Below are positions 62,990 to 64,000 of a stretch of 64,000 nucleotides of DNA, piece after piece. The stretch covers positions 15,068 through 79,067 of the forward strand of contig JBCBJQ010000020.1 in assembly GCA_038523235.1 (NCBI GenBank). The letters run 5' to 3'. Below the pieces are notes generated by a model. That model did no database searches, was not told the origin of the DNA, and saw nothing but the letters and a program-made list of their open reading frames with translations. This DNA is from Cyanobacteria bacterium J06626_4. Its GTDB lineage: Bacteria > Cyanobacteriota > Cyanobacteriia > Phormidesmidales > Phormidesmidaceae. The translations under genes and the position numbers were made by a program. Every line of letters starts with the position of its first letter. Within the stretch, counting starts at the first letter, position 1.

Positions 62990-63465
62990 GCCCATAGGTA
63001 CTAATTTGTTGTAGTGATGAATGAAAGTCCACAGCAAGCCGATGTGATTGCGCAGGCTCTTCGAGAAAGCTAAGCTACGCCGCACAAATTACGAAACTCG
63101 CTGTCTCAATGTACAGTTGAAACGCTCAATGTAACTGGTTTGCCGCTATCTTTGGACACGACCCGATGCTGCTTGGAAGGCAGCACCGCCTGATATGCTT
63201 CCCAAGCGTCCGTGTAAATCAGTGCACACTGACGGTAGACAGCAGGCAGGGAGTCCCATAGTTTCTGCGCACTCTCTTGGCTTCGGTTGCCGACATGAGC
63301 GCCAATGATTTCGCGAGTATCTGCGTCTAGGGCTAGCCAGACCCACTGCTTATTGCCTTTGTGGGCGACAAACGACCAGAGTTCGTCACACTGCACTGTT
63401 AAAGGCCCCTTTTTTCGGCTGAACCTCAACCTTGGCTTCTGTTTGAGTTGATTTGTCGTTGACAT
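62990..63465 (-). pseudogene. insB: IS1 transposase InsB part with a frameshift and a nonsense codon
   Basis: CDELWSFV..K....WVW.A.D and YTD.W..Y are in one frame. The expected TSYIERFNCTLRQRVS continues in another frame after about 63140 and then hits TAA before VRRSLAFSK. Confidence 0.75.
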
Positions 63466-63700
63466 AATCTTGAAGCCACTGCTCTGAAACTTTCACCGCT
63501 CGGGCAATGCCCGCCATCGCAATGCGCTCTAGCAGTAACCGGTTAACCAACTCACGCGTCTCATTCTCGATGACTTTGTTCGTGGGATTTTCTACGAACT
63601 GACAACCACAGGTGCAGCAGAGGAAACGCTGTTTGCCGGTATGGATATGACCATTTTTGATGGTTTGCTCGGATGTGCAGTTCGGACAACAGGGCATCAA
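63386..63700 (-). CDS. insA: IS1 transposase InsA part
   Basis: CPNC.S...IKNG....GKQRF.C..CG.QF followed by an HTH. Confidence 0.8.
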   Translation of the reverse strand: MMPCCPNCTSEQTIKNGHIHTGKQRFLCCTCGCQFVENPTNKVIENETRELVNRLLLERIAMAGIARAVKVSEQWLQDYVNDKSTQTEAKVEVQPKKGAFNSAV

Positions 63701-64000
63701 TACGATCGCTTGGCTTCATTGTTACCCGAACACACCCATCATTACCCTCAGGGCTCCACCTCTTCGAGATTGCGTCTAATGAGTATTCATACGTGCAAGG
63801 ATAACTTATACATAGCTTGTATCTAAACGAACATCCGATACTGTCAAGGCCTGGCACGATAATTCAAGTTGACAATGATTCTGACCAGTATGTAGTCAAT
63901 AAATTGACTGTCACAGATCAAAAGGTAAATTCCAGATATTGAGCTCTTGACACAAGTTTGCATCAATTGGGAGCAAAACCGAGCAAATTCTACTCAAAAG

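Larger units (their letters stand above)
62984..63746 (-). mobile_element. IS1-family insertion sequence, inactivated
   Basis: Ends GGTAGTG (62984) and CATTACC (63746) give 763 bp. It contains an insA-like Zn-finger/HTH ORF and an insB-like DDE ORF with an A6G4 slippery site at their overlap. Confidence 0.85.

Overview
Chromosomal segment of a cyanobacterium, shown by very frequent HIP1 octamers (GCGATCGC) and genes such as sbtAB, cpcT, CRR6 and lysA-cdaA-uppS. The presence of hetR suggests a filamentous strain, and the gene styles fit a non-heterocystous Leptolyngbya-like organism (inference). Most of the window is housekeeping: gpmI, secG, tlyA, futB, clpC, pcrA, wecB, NDH-2 and tRNA-fMet. 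Highlights: (1) two hetR homologues, a canonical one at 34.4-35.4 kb and a divergent one running off the left edge in which the PatS-contacting E254 position is Val; (2) a secreted PatX-like protein upstream of canonical hetR with four RG(S/T)GR pentapeptides; (3) next to the divergent hetR, a reduced Pap-like (slr0144-slr0152-type) cluster with two V4R proteins, two phycobiliprotein-fold proteins lacking the bilin Cys, and a Ser/Thr kinase; (4) tandem LexA-like boxes in front of four uncharacterised envelope genes; (5) a small toxin-antitoxin/AT-rich islet beside pcrA, a probably inactive large serine recombinase, an LRR pseudogene, a MITE-like hairpin and a decayed IS1. All calls come from reading motifs by eye. 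No searches were run.
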